Of a stretch of DNA of 64,000 nucleotides, positions 1-14,900 are shown piece by piece. A model generated the notes under the pieces. The model did not search any database. It was not told the DNA's origin and worked only from the letters and a program-made list of their open reading frames with translations. Position 1 is the first letter of the stretch, and each line of letters opens with the position of its first letter. Made by a program: the position numbers and the translations under genes. Source of the stretch: Eledone cirrhosa (taxonomy: Eukaryota); NCBI GenBank assembly GCA_964016885.1, contig OZ024743.1:142848001-142912000 (forward strand), read 5' to 3'.

Positions 1-3000
1 GCACCAAACACCAAGCACCAAGCACGAAGCACCAAACACCAAGCACCAAACACTTAACACCAAGCACCAAGCACCAAGTACCAAACACCAAGCACCAAAC
101 ACCAAACACCAAGCACCAAACACCAAGCACCAAGCACCAAACACCAAACACCAAGCACCAAGCACCAAACACCAAGCACCAAGCACCAAGCACCAAACAC
201 CAAAGACCAAGCACCAAGCACCTAGCACCAAACACAAAGCACCAGGCACCAAGCCCCAAACACCAAGCACCATGCACCAAACACCAAGCACCAAGCACCA
301 AGCACCAAACACCAAGCACCAAGCACCAAACACTTAACACCAAGTACCAAGCACCAAGTACCAAACACCAAGCCCCAAACACCAAACACCAAGCACCAAA
401 CACCAAGCACCAAGCACCAAACACCAAGCACCAAGCACCAAGCACCAAACACCAAGAACCAAGCACCAAACACCAAGCACCAAGCACCAAGTACATACAC
501 CAAGCACCAAACACCAAACACAAAACACCAAGCACCAAGCAACAAGCATCAAACACCAAGCATCAAACACCAAACACCAAGTACCAAGCACCAAACACCA
601 AACACCAAGCACCAAGCACCAAGCACCAAACACCATACACCCAGCACCAAACACCAAGCACAAAGCACCAAACACCAAACACAAAGCACCAAACACCAAA
701 CACCAAGCACCAAGCACCAAACACCAAACACCAAGCCCCTAGCACCAAAAACCTAACACCAAGTACCAAGCACCAAGCACCAAGCACCGAACACCAAGCA
801 CCAAACACCAAGCACCAAACACCAAGCACCAAGCACCAAACACCAAACACCAAGCACCAAGCACCAAGCATCAAGCACCAGGCACCAAGCCCCAAACATC
901 AAGCACCATGCACCAAACACCAAGCACCAAGCACCAAGCACCAAACACGAAGCACCAAGCACCAAACACTTAACACCAAGCACCAAGCACCAAGCACCAA
1001 ACACCAAGCACCAAACACCAAACACCAAGCACCAAGTACCAAACACCAAGCACCAAGCACCAAACACCAAGCACCAAGCACCAAGCACCAAACACCAAGA
1101 ACCAAGCACCAAACACCAAGCACCAAGCACCAAGTACATACACCAAGCACCAAACACCAAGCACCAAACACCAAGCACCAAGCACCAAACACCAAACACC
1201 AAACACCAAACACCAAACACCAACCACCAAGCACCAAACACCAAACACCAAACAGCAAGCACCAAGCACCAAACACCAAGCACCAAGCACCAAGCACCAA
1301 ACACCAAGCACCAAGCAGCAAGCACCAAACACCAAGCGCCAAGCACCAAACACCAAACACTAATAACCAAGCACCAAGCACCAAGAACCAAACACCAAGC
1401 ACCAAGTACCAAGCACCAAACACCAAAGACCAAGCACCAAGCACCTAGCACCAAACACAAAGCACCAGGCACCAAGCCCCAAACAACAAGCACCATGCAC
1501 CAAACACCAAGCACCAAGCACGAAGCACCAAACACCAAGCACCAAACACTTAACACCAAGCACCAAGCACCAAGTACCAAACACCAAGCACCAAACACCA
1601 AACACCAAACACCAAGCACCAAACACCAAGCACCAAGCACCAAGCACCAAACACCAAGAACCAAGCACCAAACACCAAGCACCAAGTACATACACCAAGC
1701 ACCAAACACCAAACACAAAACACCAAGCACCAAGCAACAAGCATCAAACACCAAGCATCAAACACCAAACACCAAGTACCAAGCACCAAACAACAAACAC
1801 CAAGCACCAAGCACCAAGCACCAAACACCATACACCCAGCACCAAACACTAAGCACAAAGCACCAAGCACCAAACACCAAGCACCAAACACCAAACACCA
1901 AACACTAAGCACCAACACCAAACACCAAAACCCAAACACTAGACCCCAAGCACGAAACACCAAACACCAAATACCAAGCACCAAGCACCAAAGACTAATC
2001 ACCAAGCACCAAGCACCAAACAACAAGCACCAAGCACCAAGCACCAAACACAGAACACCAAGCACCAAGCACCAAGCACCAAGCACCAAGCATCAAACAC
2101 CAAACACCAAGCACCAAACACCAAACACCAAGCACTAAGCACCAAGCACCAAGCACCAATCACCAAACACCAAGCACCAAGCACCAAACACCAAGCACCA
2201 GGCACCAAGCACCAAACACCAAGCACCAAGCACCAAACACCAAACACCAAGCACCAAAGACCAAGCACCTAGCACCAAACAACAAGCACCAAGCACCAAG
2301 CACCAAACACCAAGCACCAAGCACCATGCACCAAAAACCAAGCACCAAGCACCAAGCACCAAACACCAAACACCAAGCACCAAAGACCAAGCACCAAGCA
2401 CCAAACAACAAGCACCAAGCACCAAGCAGCAAGCACCAAACACCAAACACCAAGCACCAAGCACCAAACACCAAGCACCAAGGACCAAACATCAAACACC
2501 AAGCACCAAGCACCAAACACCTAACACCAAGCACCAAGCACCAAGCACCAAGCACCGAACACCAAGCACCAAACACCAAGCACCAAACACCAAGCACCAA
2601 GCACCAAACACCAAGCACCAAACACAAAGCACCAAGCAGCAAGCAACAAACACCAAGCACCAGGCACCAAGCACCAAACACCAAGCACCATGCACCAAGC
2701 ACCAAGCCCCAAACACTTAACACCAAGCACCAAACACCAAGCACCAAGCACCAAACACCAAGCACCAAAGACCAAACACCAAGCACCAAGTACCAAACAC
2801 CAAGCACCAAGCACCAAACACCAAGCACCAAGCACCAATCACCAAATACCAAGCACCAAACACCAAACACCAAGCACCAAGCACCAAGCACCAAACACCA
2901 AGCACCAAACACCAAGCACCAAACACCAAGTCCCACGCACCAAGCACCAAACACCAAACACCAAGCACCAAGCACCAAACACCAAGCACCAAGCCCCAAG

Positions 3001-5581
3001 CCCCTAGCACCAAACACCAAACACCAAGCACCAAGCACAAAACACCAAGCACCAATCACCAAGCACCAAACACCAAGCAGCAAGCAGCAAGCACCAAACA
3101 CCAAACACCAAGCACCAAGCACCAAATACCAAACACCAAGCACCAAGGACCAAACATCAAACACCAAGCACCAAGCACCAAACGCCTAACACCAAGCACC
3201 AAGCACCTAGCACCAAACACAAAGCACCAGGCACCAAGCCCCAAACACCAAGCACCATGCACCAAACACCAAGCACCAAGCACGAAGCACCAGACACCAA
3301 GCACCAAGCACCATACACCAAACACCAAACACCAAACACCAAGCACCAAGACCGAAGCACCAAACATCAAGCACCAAACTCCTAACACAAAACACCAAGC
3401 ACCAAGCAGCAAGCACCACACACAAAACACCTAGCACCAAGCACCAAACACCAAACACCAAGCACCAAGGACCAAACATCAAACACCAAGCACCAAGCAC
3501 CAAACACCTAACACCAAGCACCAAGCATCAAGCACCAAGGACCAAACACCAAGCATCAAACACAAAGCACCAAGCACCAAACACCAAGCACCAAGCACCA
3601 AACACCAAGCACCAAGCACCAAACACCAAACCCCAAGCACCAAACACCAAACCCCAAGCACCAAGCACCAAACACTAATCACCAAGCACCAAGCATCAAA
3701 CAACAAGCACCAAGCACCAAGCACCAGGCACCAAGCACCAAGCACCAAACACTAATCACCAAGCACCAAGCACCAAGCACAAACACCAATCACCAAGCAC
3801 CAAGCACCAAACACCAAGCACCAAGCACCAAACACCAAACACCAAGCACCAAAGACCAAGCACCAAGCACCAAGCACCAAGCACCAAACCCCATGCACCA
3901 ACCACCAAGCACCAAACACCAAGCACCAAGCACCAAACACCAACCACCCAGCACCAAGCACCAAGCACCAAACACCAAGCACCAAACACCAAACACCAAA
4001 CACGAAGCACCAAGCACCAAGCACCAAACACCAAGCACCAAGCACAAAGCACCAAACACCAAGCCCCAAGCACCAAGCACCAAACACCAAACACCAAGCA
4101 CCAAGCACCAAACCCCAAGCACCAAGCACCAAATACCTAGCACCAAACACCAAACAACAAGCACCAAATACCCAACACCAAGCACCAATCACCAAGCACC
4201 AAACACCAAGCAGCAAGCAACAAGCACCAAACACCAAACACCAAGCACCAAGCACCAAACACCAAGCACCAAGCATCAAACATCAAACACCAAGCACCAA
4301 GCACCAATCACCTAACACCAAGCACCAAACACCAAGCACCAAGCACCGAACACCAAGCACCAAACACCAAGCACCAAACACCAAGCACCAAGCACCAAAT
4401 ACCAAGCACCAAACACCAAGCACCAAGCACCAAGCACCAAACACCAAGCACCAGGCACCAAGCACCAAACACCAAGCACCATGCACCAAGCACCAAGCCC
4501 CAAACACTTAAACACCAAGCACCAAGCACCAAGCATCAAACACCAAGCATCAAAAACCAAACACCAAGCACCAAGTACCAAACACCAAGCACCAAGCACC
4601 AAACACCAAGCACCAAGCACCAATCACCAAACACCAAGAACCAAGCACCAAACACCAAGAACCAAGCAACAAGTACATACACCAAGCACGAAACACCAAA
4701 CACAAAACACCAAGCACCAAGCAACAAGCATCAAACACCAAGCATCAAACACCAAACAACAAGCACCAAGCACCAAACACCAAACACCAAGCACCACGCA
4801 CCAAGCACAAAACACCAAGCACTCAGCACCAAACACCAAGCACCAAACACCAAGCACCAAACACCAAACACCAAGCACCAAGCACCAAAACCCAAACACC
4901 AAGCACCAAGCACCAAACACCAAACACCAAACACCAGACACCAAGCACCAAACACCAAACACCAAACACCAAGCACCAAGCACCAAACACCAAACACCAA
5001 GCACCAAGCACCAAACAGCAAACCCCAAGCACCAAGCACCAAACACTAATCACCAAGCACCAAGCACCAAATACCAAGCACCAAACACCAAGCACCAAGC
5101 ACCAAGCACCAAACACCAAGCACCAGGCACCAAGCACCAAACACCAAGCACCATGCACCAAGCACCAAGCCCCAAACACTTAACACCAAGCACCAAGCAC
5201 CAAGCATCAAACACGAAGCATCAAAAACCAAACACCAAGCACAAAGTACCAAACACCAAGCACCAAGCACCAAACACCAAGCACCAAGCACCAATCACCA
5301 AACACCAAGAACCAAGCACCAAACACCAAGAACCAAGCACGAAGTACATACACCAAGCACCAAACACCAAACACAAAACACCAAGCACCAAGCAACAAGC
5401 ATCAAACACCAAGCGTCAAACACCAAACACCAAGCACCAAGCACCAAACACCAAACACCACGCACCAAGCACAAAACACCAAGCACTCAGCACCAAACAC
5501 CAAGCACCAAACACCAAGCACCAAACACCAAACACCAAGCACCAAGCACCAAAACCCAAACACCAAGCACCAAGCACCAAA

Positions 5582-8500
5582 CACCAAACACCAAGCACCA
5601 AGCACCAAACACCAAGCACCAAGCACCAAACAGCAAACCCCAAGCACCAAGCACCAAACACTAATCACCAAGCACCAAGCACCAAACAACAAGCACCAAG
5701 CACCAAGCACCAGGCACCAAGCACCAAGCACCAAACACAAAACACCAAGCACCAAGCACCAAGCAGCACACACCAAGCATCAAACACCAAACACCCAACA
5801 CCAAGCACCAAACACCAAACACCAAGCACTAAGCACCAAGCACCAAGCACCAAACTCCAAGCACCCAGCACCAAACAACAATCACCAAGCACCAAGCACC
5901 AAACACCAAATACCAAGCACCAAGCACCAAGCACCAAACACCAAACACCAAGCACCAAACACCAGACACCAAGCAGCAAACACCAAACACCAAGCACCAA
6001 GCACCAAACAGCATACAACAAGCACCAGGCACCAAGCACCAAACACCAAACACCAAGCACCAAGCACCAAACACCAAGCACCAAGCACCAAATGCCAAAC
6101 ACCAAGCACCAAGCACAAAGCACCAAACACCAAACACCAAACACCAAACAGCAAACACCAAACACCAAACAGCAAAAACCAAATACGAAACAGCAAACAC
6201 CATACAGCAAACACCAAACACCAAAAAGCAGACACCAAACAGCAAACACCAAACAGCAAACACCAAACACCAAACACCAAGCACCAAGCACCAACCACCA
6301 AACTCCAAGCACCAAAGACCAAGCACCAAGCACCAAGCACCAAGCACCAAACAACAAGCACCAAGCACCAAGCACCAAACACCAAGCACCAAGCACCAAA
6401 CACCAACCACCCAGCACCAAGCACCAAGCACCAAACACCAAACACTAAACACCAAGCACCAAGCACCAAGCACCAAACACCAAGCCCCAAGCACCAAGCA
6501 CCAAACACCAAACACCAAGCACCAAGCACCAAACACCAAGCCCCAAGCACCAAGCACCAAACACCAAACATCAAGCACCAAGCACCAAACACCAAACACC
6601 AAGCACCAAACACCAAACACCAAGCACCAAGGACCCAACATCAAACACCAAGCACCTAGCACCAAACACCAAACACCAAGCCCCAAGCACCAAGCACCAA
6701 GCACCGAACACCAAGCCCCAAACACCAAGCACCAAACACCAAGCACCAAACATCAAACACTAAGTCCCACGCACCAAGCACCAAACAACAAACAGCAAGC
6801 ACCAAGCACCAAGCACCAAGCCCCTATCACCAAACACCAAACACCAAGCACCAAGCACAAAAGACCAAGCACCAATCACCAAGCACCAAACACCAAGCAG
6901 CAAGCAGCAAGCACCAAACACCAAACACCAATCACCAAGCACCAAACACCAAACACCAAGCACCAAGGACCAAACAACAAACACCAAGCATCAAGCACCA
7001 AACACCTAACACCAAGCACCAAGCACCAAGCACCAAGCACCAAACACCAAGCACCAATCACCAAACACCAAGCACCAAGCACCAAACACCAAGCACCAGG
7101 CACCAAGCACCAAACACCAAGCACCAAGCACCAAACACCAAGCACCAAGACCGAAGCACCAAACACCAAGCACCAAACTCCAAACACAAAACACCAAGCA
7201 CCAGGCAGCAAGCATCAAACACCAAACACCAAGCACCAAGCACCAAGCACCAAACACCAAGCACCAAACACCAAGCACCAAACACCAAGTCCCACGCACC
7301 AAGCACCAAACACCAAACACCAAGCACCAAGCATCAAACACCAAGCACCAAGCAGCAAGCACCAAACACCAAACACCAAGCACCAACCACCAACCACCAA
7401 ACACCAAGCACCAAGCACCAAACACCAAACCCCAAGCACCAAAGACCAAGCACCAAGCACCAAGGACCAAACACCAAGTACCAAGCACCAAGCACCAAGC
7501 ACCAAGCACCAAACACCAAGCACCAAGCACCAAACACCCAGCACCAAGCACCAAGCACCAAACACCAAGCACCAAGCACCAAACACCAAACACCAAACAC
7601 CAAGCACCAAGCACCAAACAGCAAGCACCAAGCACCAAACACCAAGCACCAAGCACCAAACAACAAACACCAAGGACCATGCACCAAACACTAAACACCA
7701 AACTGCAAACACCAAACACCAAACAGCAAAAACCAAATACGAAACAGCAAACACCATACAGCAAACACCAAACACCAAACACCAAACACCAAACACCAAA
7801 CAGCAAGCACCAAACAGCAAACAGCAAACAGCAGACGCCAAACACCAAGCACCAAGCACCAGGCACCAAACACCAAGCACCAAGCACCAACCACCAAACT
7901 CCAAGCACCAAAGACCAAGCACCAAGCACCAAGCACCAAACAACAAGCACCAAGCACCAAGCACCAAACACCAAGCACCAAGCACCAAACACCAACCACC
8001 CAGCACCAAGCTCCAAGCACCAAACACCAAGCACCAAACACCAAACACTAAACACCAAGCACCAAGCACCAGACACCAAGCCCCAAGCACCAAGCACCAA
8101 ACACCAAACACCAAGCACCAGGCACCAAACACCTAGCCCCAAGCACCAAGCACCAAACACCAAACATCAAGCACCAAGCACCAAACACCAAACACCAAGC
8201 ACCAAAGACCAAACACCAAGCACCAAGGACCCAACATCAAACACCAAGCACCAAGCACCAAACGCCAAACACCAAGCCCCAAGCACCAAGCACCAAGCAC
8301 CAAGCACCGAACACCAAGCCCCAAACACCAAGCACCAAACACCAAGCACCAAACACCAAACACTAAGTCCCACGCACCAAGCACCAAACACCAAACAGCA
8401 AGCACCAAGCACCAAACACCAAGCACCAAGCACCAAGCCCCTAGCACCAAACACCAAACACCAAGCACCAAGCACAAAACACCAAGCACCAATCACCAAG

Positions 8501-11500
8501 CACCAAACACCAAGCAGCAAGCAGCAAGCACCAAACACCAAACACCAAGCACCAAGCACCAAACACCAAACACCAAGCACCAAGCACCAAACATCAAACA
8601 CCAAGCACCAAGCACCAAACACCTAACACCAAGCACCAAGCACCAAGCACCAAGCACCAAACACCAAGCACCAATCACCAAACACCAAGCACCAAGCACC
8701 AAACACCAAGCACCAGGCACCAAGCACCAAGCACCAAACACCAAACACCAAGCACCAAGCACCAAACATCAAACACCAAGCACCAAGCACCAAACACCTA
8801 ACACCAAGCACCAAGCACCAAGCACCAAGCACCAAACACCAAGCACCAATCACCAAACACCAAGCACCAAGCACCAAACACCAAGCACCAAGCACCAAAC
8901 AGCAAACCCCAAGCACCAAGCACCAAACACTAATCACCAAGCACCAAGCACCAAACAACAAGCACCAAGCACCAAGCACCAGGCACCAAGCACCAAGCAC
9001 CAAACACAAAACACCAAGCACCAAGCACCAAGCAGCACACACCAAGCATCAAACACCAAACACCCAACACCAAGCACCAAACACCAAACACCAAGCACTA
9101 AGCACCAAGCACCAAGCACCAAACTCCAAGCACCCAGCACCAAACAACAATCACCAAGCACCAAGCACCAAACACCAAATACCAAGCACCAAGCACCAAG
9201 CACCAAACACCAAACACCAAGCACCAAACACCAGACACCAAGCAGCAAACACCAAACACCAAGCACCAAGCACCAAACAGCATACAACAAGCACCAGGCA
9301 CCAAGCACCAAACACCAAACACCAAGCACCAAGCACCAAACACCAAGCACCAAGCACCAAATGCCAAACACCAAGCACCAAGCACAAAGCACCAAACACC
9401 AAACACCAAACACCAAACAGCAAACACCAAACACCAAACAGCAAAAACCAAATACGAAACAGCAAACACCATACAGCAAACACCAAACACCAAAAAGCAG
9501 ACACCAAACAGCAAACACCAAACAGCAAACACCAAACACCAAACACCAAGCACCAAGCACCAACCACCAAACTCCAAGCACCAAAGACCAAGCACCAAGC
9601 ACCAAGCACCAAGCACCAAACAACAAGCACCAAGCACCAAGCACCAAACACCAAGCACCAAGCACCAAACACCAACCACCCAGCACCAAGCACCAAGCAC
9701 CAAACACCAAACACTAAACACCAAGCACCAAGCACCAAACACCAAGCCCCAAGCACCAAGCACCAAACACCAAACACCAAGCACCAAGCACCAAACACCA
9801 AGCCCCAAGCACCAAGCACCAAACACCAAACATCAAGCACCAAGCACCAAACACCAAACACCAAGCACCAAACACCAAACACCAAGCACCAAGGACCCAA
9901 CATCAAACACCAAGCACCTAGCACCAAACACCAAACACCAAGCCCCAAGCACCAAGCACCAAGCACCGAACACCAAGCCCCAAACACCAAGCACCAAACA
10001 CCAAGCACCAAACATCAAACACTAAGTCCCACGCACCAAGCACCAAACAACAAACAGCAAGCACCAAGCACCAAGCACCAAGCCCCTATCACCAAACACC
10101 AAACACCAAGCACCAAGCACCAAACACCAAACACCAAGCACCAAGGACCAAACAACAAACACCAAGCATCAAGCACCAAACACCTAACACCAAGCACCAA
10201 GCACCAAGCACCAAGCACCAAACACCAAGCACCAATCACCAAACACCAAGCACCAAGCACCAAACACCAAGCACCAGGCACCAAGCACCAAACACCAAGC
10301 ACCAAGCACCAAACACCAAGCACCAAGACCGAAGCACCAAACACCAAGCACCAAACTCCAAACACAAAACACCAAGCACCAGGCAGCAAGCATCAAACAC
10401 CAAACACCAAGCACCAAGCACCAAGCACCAAACACCAAGCACCAAACACCAAGCACCAAACACCAAGTCCCACGCACCAAGCACCAAACACCAAACACCA
10501 AGCACCAAGCATCAAACACCAAGCACCAAGCAGCAAGCACCAAACACCAAACACCAAGCACCAACCACCAACCACCAAACACCAAGCACCAAGCACCAAA
10601 CACCAAACCCCAAGCACCAAAGACCAAGCACCAAGCACCAAGGACCAAACACCAAGTACCAAGCACCAAGCACCAAGCACCAAGCACCAAACACCAAGCA
10701 CCAAGCACCAAACACCCAGCACCAAGCACCAAGCACCAAACACCAAGCACCAAGCACCAAACACCAAACACCAAACACCAAGCACCAAGCACCAAACAGC
10801 AAGCACCAAGCACCAAACACCAAGCACCAAGCACCAAACAACAAACACCAAGGACCATGCACCAAACACTAAACACCAAACTGCAAACACCAAACACCAA
10901 ACAGCAAAAACCAAATACGAAACAGCAAACACCATACAGCAAACACCAAACACCAAACACCAAACACCAAACACCAAACAGCAAGCACCAAACAGCAAAC
11001 AGCAAACAGCAAACGCCAAACACCAAGCACCAAGCACCAGGCACCAAACACCAAGCACCAAGCACCAACCACCAAACTCCAAGCACCAAAGACCAAGCAC
11101 CAAGCACCAAGCACCAAACAACAAGCACCAAGCACCAAGCACCAAACACCAAGCACCAAGCACCAAACACCAACCACCCAGCACCAAGCTCCAAGCACCA
11201 AACACCAAGCACCAAACACCAAACACTAAACACCAAGCACCAAGCACCAGACACCAAGCCCCAAGCACCAAGCACCAAACACCAAACACCAAGCACCAGG
11301 CACCAAACACCTAGCCCCAAGCACCAAGCACCAAACACCAAACATCAAGCACCAAGCACCAAACACCAAACACCAAGCACCAAAGACCAAACACCAAGCA
11401 CCAAGGACCCAACATCAAACACCAAGCACCAAGCACCAAACGCCAAACACCAAGCCCCAAGCACCAAGCACCAAGCACCAAGCACCGAACACCAAGCCCC

Positions 11501-11908
11501 AAACACCAAGCACCAAACACCAAGCACCAAACACCAAACACTAAGTCCCACGCACCAAGCACCAAACACCAAACAGCAAGCACCAAGCACCAAACACCAA
11601 GCACCAAGCACCAAGCCCCTAGCACCAAACACCAAACACCAAGCACCAAGCACAAAACACCAAGCACCAATCACCAAGCACCAAACACCAAGCAGCAAGC
11701 AGCAAGCACCAAACACCAAACACCAAGCACCAAGCACCAAACACCAAACACCAAGCACCAAGCACCAAACATCAAACACCAAGCACCAAGCACCAAACAC
11801 CTAACACCAAGCACCAAGCACCAAGCACCAAGCACCAAACACCAAGCACCAATCACCAAACACCAAGCACCAAGCACCAAACACCAAGCACCAGGCACCA
11901 AGCACCAA
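5582..11908 (+). repeat. HOR duplication A: about 5582-8730 copied at about 8851-11908 (offsets 3269, then 3262, then 3178)
   Basis: Matching ORF pairs 5665/8934 (+3269), 6571/9833 (+3262), and 7006/10184, 7679/10857, 8167/11345 (+3178). Rare markers CCCCTATC (6821/10083) and AAACTGCAAAC are shared. Confidence 0.93.
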
Positions 11909-14900
11909 ACACCAAGCACCAAGCACCAAACACCAAGCACCAAGACCGAAGCACCAAACACCAAGCACCAAACTCCAAACACAAAACACCAAGCACCAAG
12001 CAGCAAGCACCAAACACCAAACACCAAGCACCAAGCACCAAACACCAAACACTAAGCACCAGGGACCAAACATCAAACACCAAGCACCAAGCACCAAACA
12101 CCTAACACCAAGCACCAAGCACCAAACACCAAGCAACAAACACCAAACACCAAACAACAAGCACCAGGCACCAAGCTCCAAACACCAAACACCAAGCACC
12201 AAGCACCAAACACCAAACACCAAGCACGCAGCATCAAACACCAATCACCAAGCACCAAGCACCAAACACCAAGCACCAAACACCAAGCACCAAGTACCAA
12301 ACACCAAACACCAAGCACCAAACACCAAACACCAAGCACCAAGCACCAAGCACGAAACACCAGGCACCAAGCACCAAGCACCAAAATCCAAACACCAAGC
12401 ACCAAACACCAGCCACCAAGCACCAAGCACCAAACACCAAACAGCAAACACCAAACAGCAAACACCAAACACCAAACAGCAAACAGCAAACGCCAAACAC
12501 CAAGCACCATGCACCAAGCACCAAACACCAAGCACCAAGCACCAAGCAGCAAGCACCAAACACCAAACACCAAGCACCAAGCACCAAACACCAAACACCA
12601 AACACCAAGCACCAACCACCAAACAGCAAGCACCAAGCACCAAACACCAAGCACCAAGCACCAAACAACAAACACCAAGGACCATGCACCAAACATTAAT
12701 CACCAAGCACCAAGCACCAAACACCAAACAGCAAGCACCAAACACCAAACACCAAACACCAAACACCAAACAGCAAGCACCAAACAGCAAACAGCAAACA
12801 GCAAACGCCAAGCACCAAGCACCAAGCACCAAGCACCAAACACCAAGCACCAAGCACCAAGCATTAAACACCAAACACCAAGCACCAAGCACCAGGCTTC
12901 AAACACCAGGCACCAAGCACCAAGCACCAAACACCAAACACCAAGCACCAACCACCAGCCACCAAGCACCAAGCACCAAACACCAAACACCAAGCACTAA
13001 GCACCAAACACCAAACAACAAGCACCAGGCACCAAGCACCAAACACCAAACACCAAGCACCAAGCACCAAGCACCAAACACCAAGCACCAAGCACCAAAT
13101 GCCAAACACCAAGCACCAAGCACAAAGCACCAAACACCAAACACCATACACCAAACAGCAAACACCAAACACCAAACAGCAAAAGCCAAATACGAAACAG
13201 CAAACACCATACAGCAAACACCAAACACCAAAAAGCAGACACCAAACAGCAAACACCAAACAGCAAACACCAAACCCCAAACACCAAGCACCAAGCACCA
13301 ACCACCAAACTCCAAGCACCAAAGACCAAGCACCAAGCACCAAGCACCAAACAACAAGCACCAAGCACCAAGCACCAAACACCAAGCACCAAGCACCAAA
13401 CACCAACCACCCAGCACCAAGCACCAAGCACCAAACACCGAGCACCAAACACCAAACACTAAACACCAAGCACCAAGCACCAAGCACCAAACACCAAGCC
13501 CCAAGCACCAAGCACCAAACACCAAACACCAAGCACCAAGCACCAAGCACCAAGTACCAAACACCAAACACCAAGCACCAAACACCAAACACCAAGCACC
13601 AAGCACCAAGCACGAAACACCAGGCACCAAGCACCAAGCACCAAAATCCAAACACCAAGCACCAAACACCAGCCACCAAGCACCAAGCACCAAGCACCAA
13701 GCACCAAGCACCAAATACCAAACAGCAAACACGAAACACAAAACAACAAACACCATACAGCAAACACCAAACACCAAACAGCAGACACCAAACAGCAAAC
13801 ACCAAACAGCAAACACCGAACACCAAACCCCAAGCACCAAACACTAATCACCAAGCACCAAGCACCAAGCACCAAGCACAAACACCAAACACCAAGCACC
13901 AAGCACAAACACCAAACACCAAGCACCAAAGACCAAGCACCAAGCACCAAGCACCAAACAATAAGCACAAAGCACCAAGCACCAAACACCAAGCACCAAG
14001 CACCAAACATCAACCACCCAGCACCAAGCACCAAGCACCAAACACCAAACACCAAACACCAAGCACCAAGCACCGAGCACCAAACAGCAAGCACCAAGCA
14101 CCAAACACCAAGCCCCAAGCACCAAGCACCAAACACCAAACACCAAGCACCAAGCACCAAACACCAAGCACCAAGCACCAAGCACCTAGCACCAAACACC
14201 AAACACCAAGCACCAAGCACCAAGCACCAAACACCAAGCACCAATCACCAAGCACCAAACACCAAGCAGCAAGCAGCAAGCACCAAACACGAAACACCAA
14301 GCACCAAGCACCAAACACCAAACACCAAGCACCAAGGACCAAACATCAAACACCAAGCACCAAGCACCAAAAACCTAACACCAAGTACCAAGCACCAAGC
14401 ACCAAGCACCGAACACCAAGCATCAAACACCAAGCACCAAACACCAAGCACCAAGCACCAAACACCAAACACCAAGCACCAAGCACCAAGCACCAAACAC
14501 CAAGCACGAGGCACCAAGCCCCAAACATCAAGCACCATGCACCAAACACCAAACACCAAGCACCAAGTACATACACCAAGCACCAAACACCAAACACAAA
14601 ACACCAAGCACCAAGCACCAAACACCAAGCACCAAGCACCAAGTACATACACCAAGAACCAAACACCAAACACAAAACACCAAGCACCAAACACCAAGCA
14701 CCAAGCACCAAACAGCAAACCCCAAGCACCAAGCACCAAACACTAATCACCCAGCACCAAGCACCAAGCACCAAACACCAAGCACTAAGCACCAAGCACC
14801 AAGTACCAAACAGCAAACACCAAGCGCCAAACACCAAACACCAAACACCAAGCACCAAGCACCAGGCACCAAACACCAGGCACCAAGAACCAAGCACCAA

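Noticed and set aside
4481-6448. Long + strand ORFs encoding KHQAPST-type heptad repeats (655 aa here; also 13099-14970 and 17679-19514), superficially mucin-like or CTD-like
   Set aside because: The CA strand lacks T, so stops are inherently rare. A 7-bp unit gives the same peptide in all three frames. Starts and stops are sporadic point variants, and there is no non-repetitive domain.
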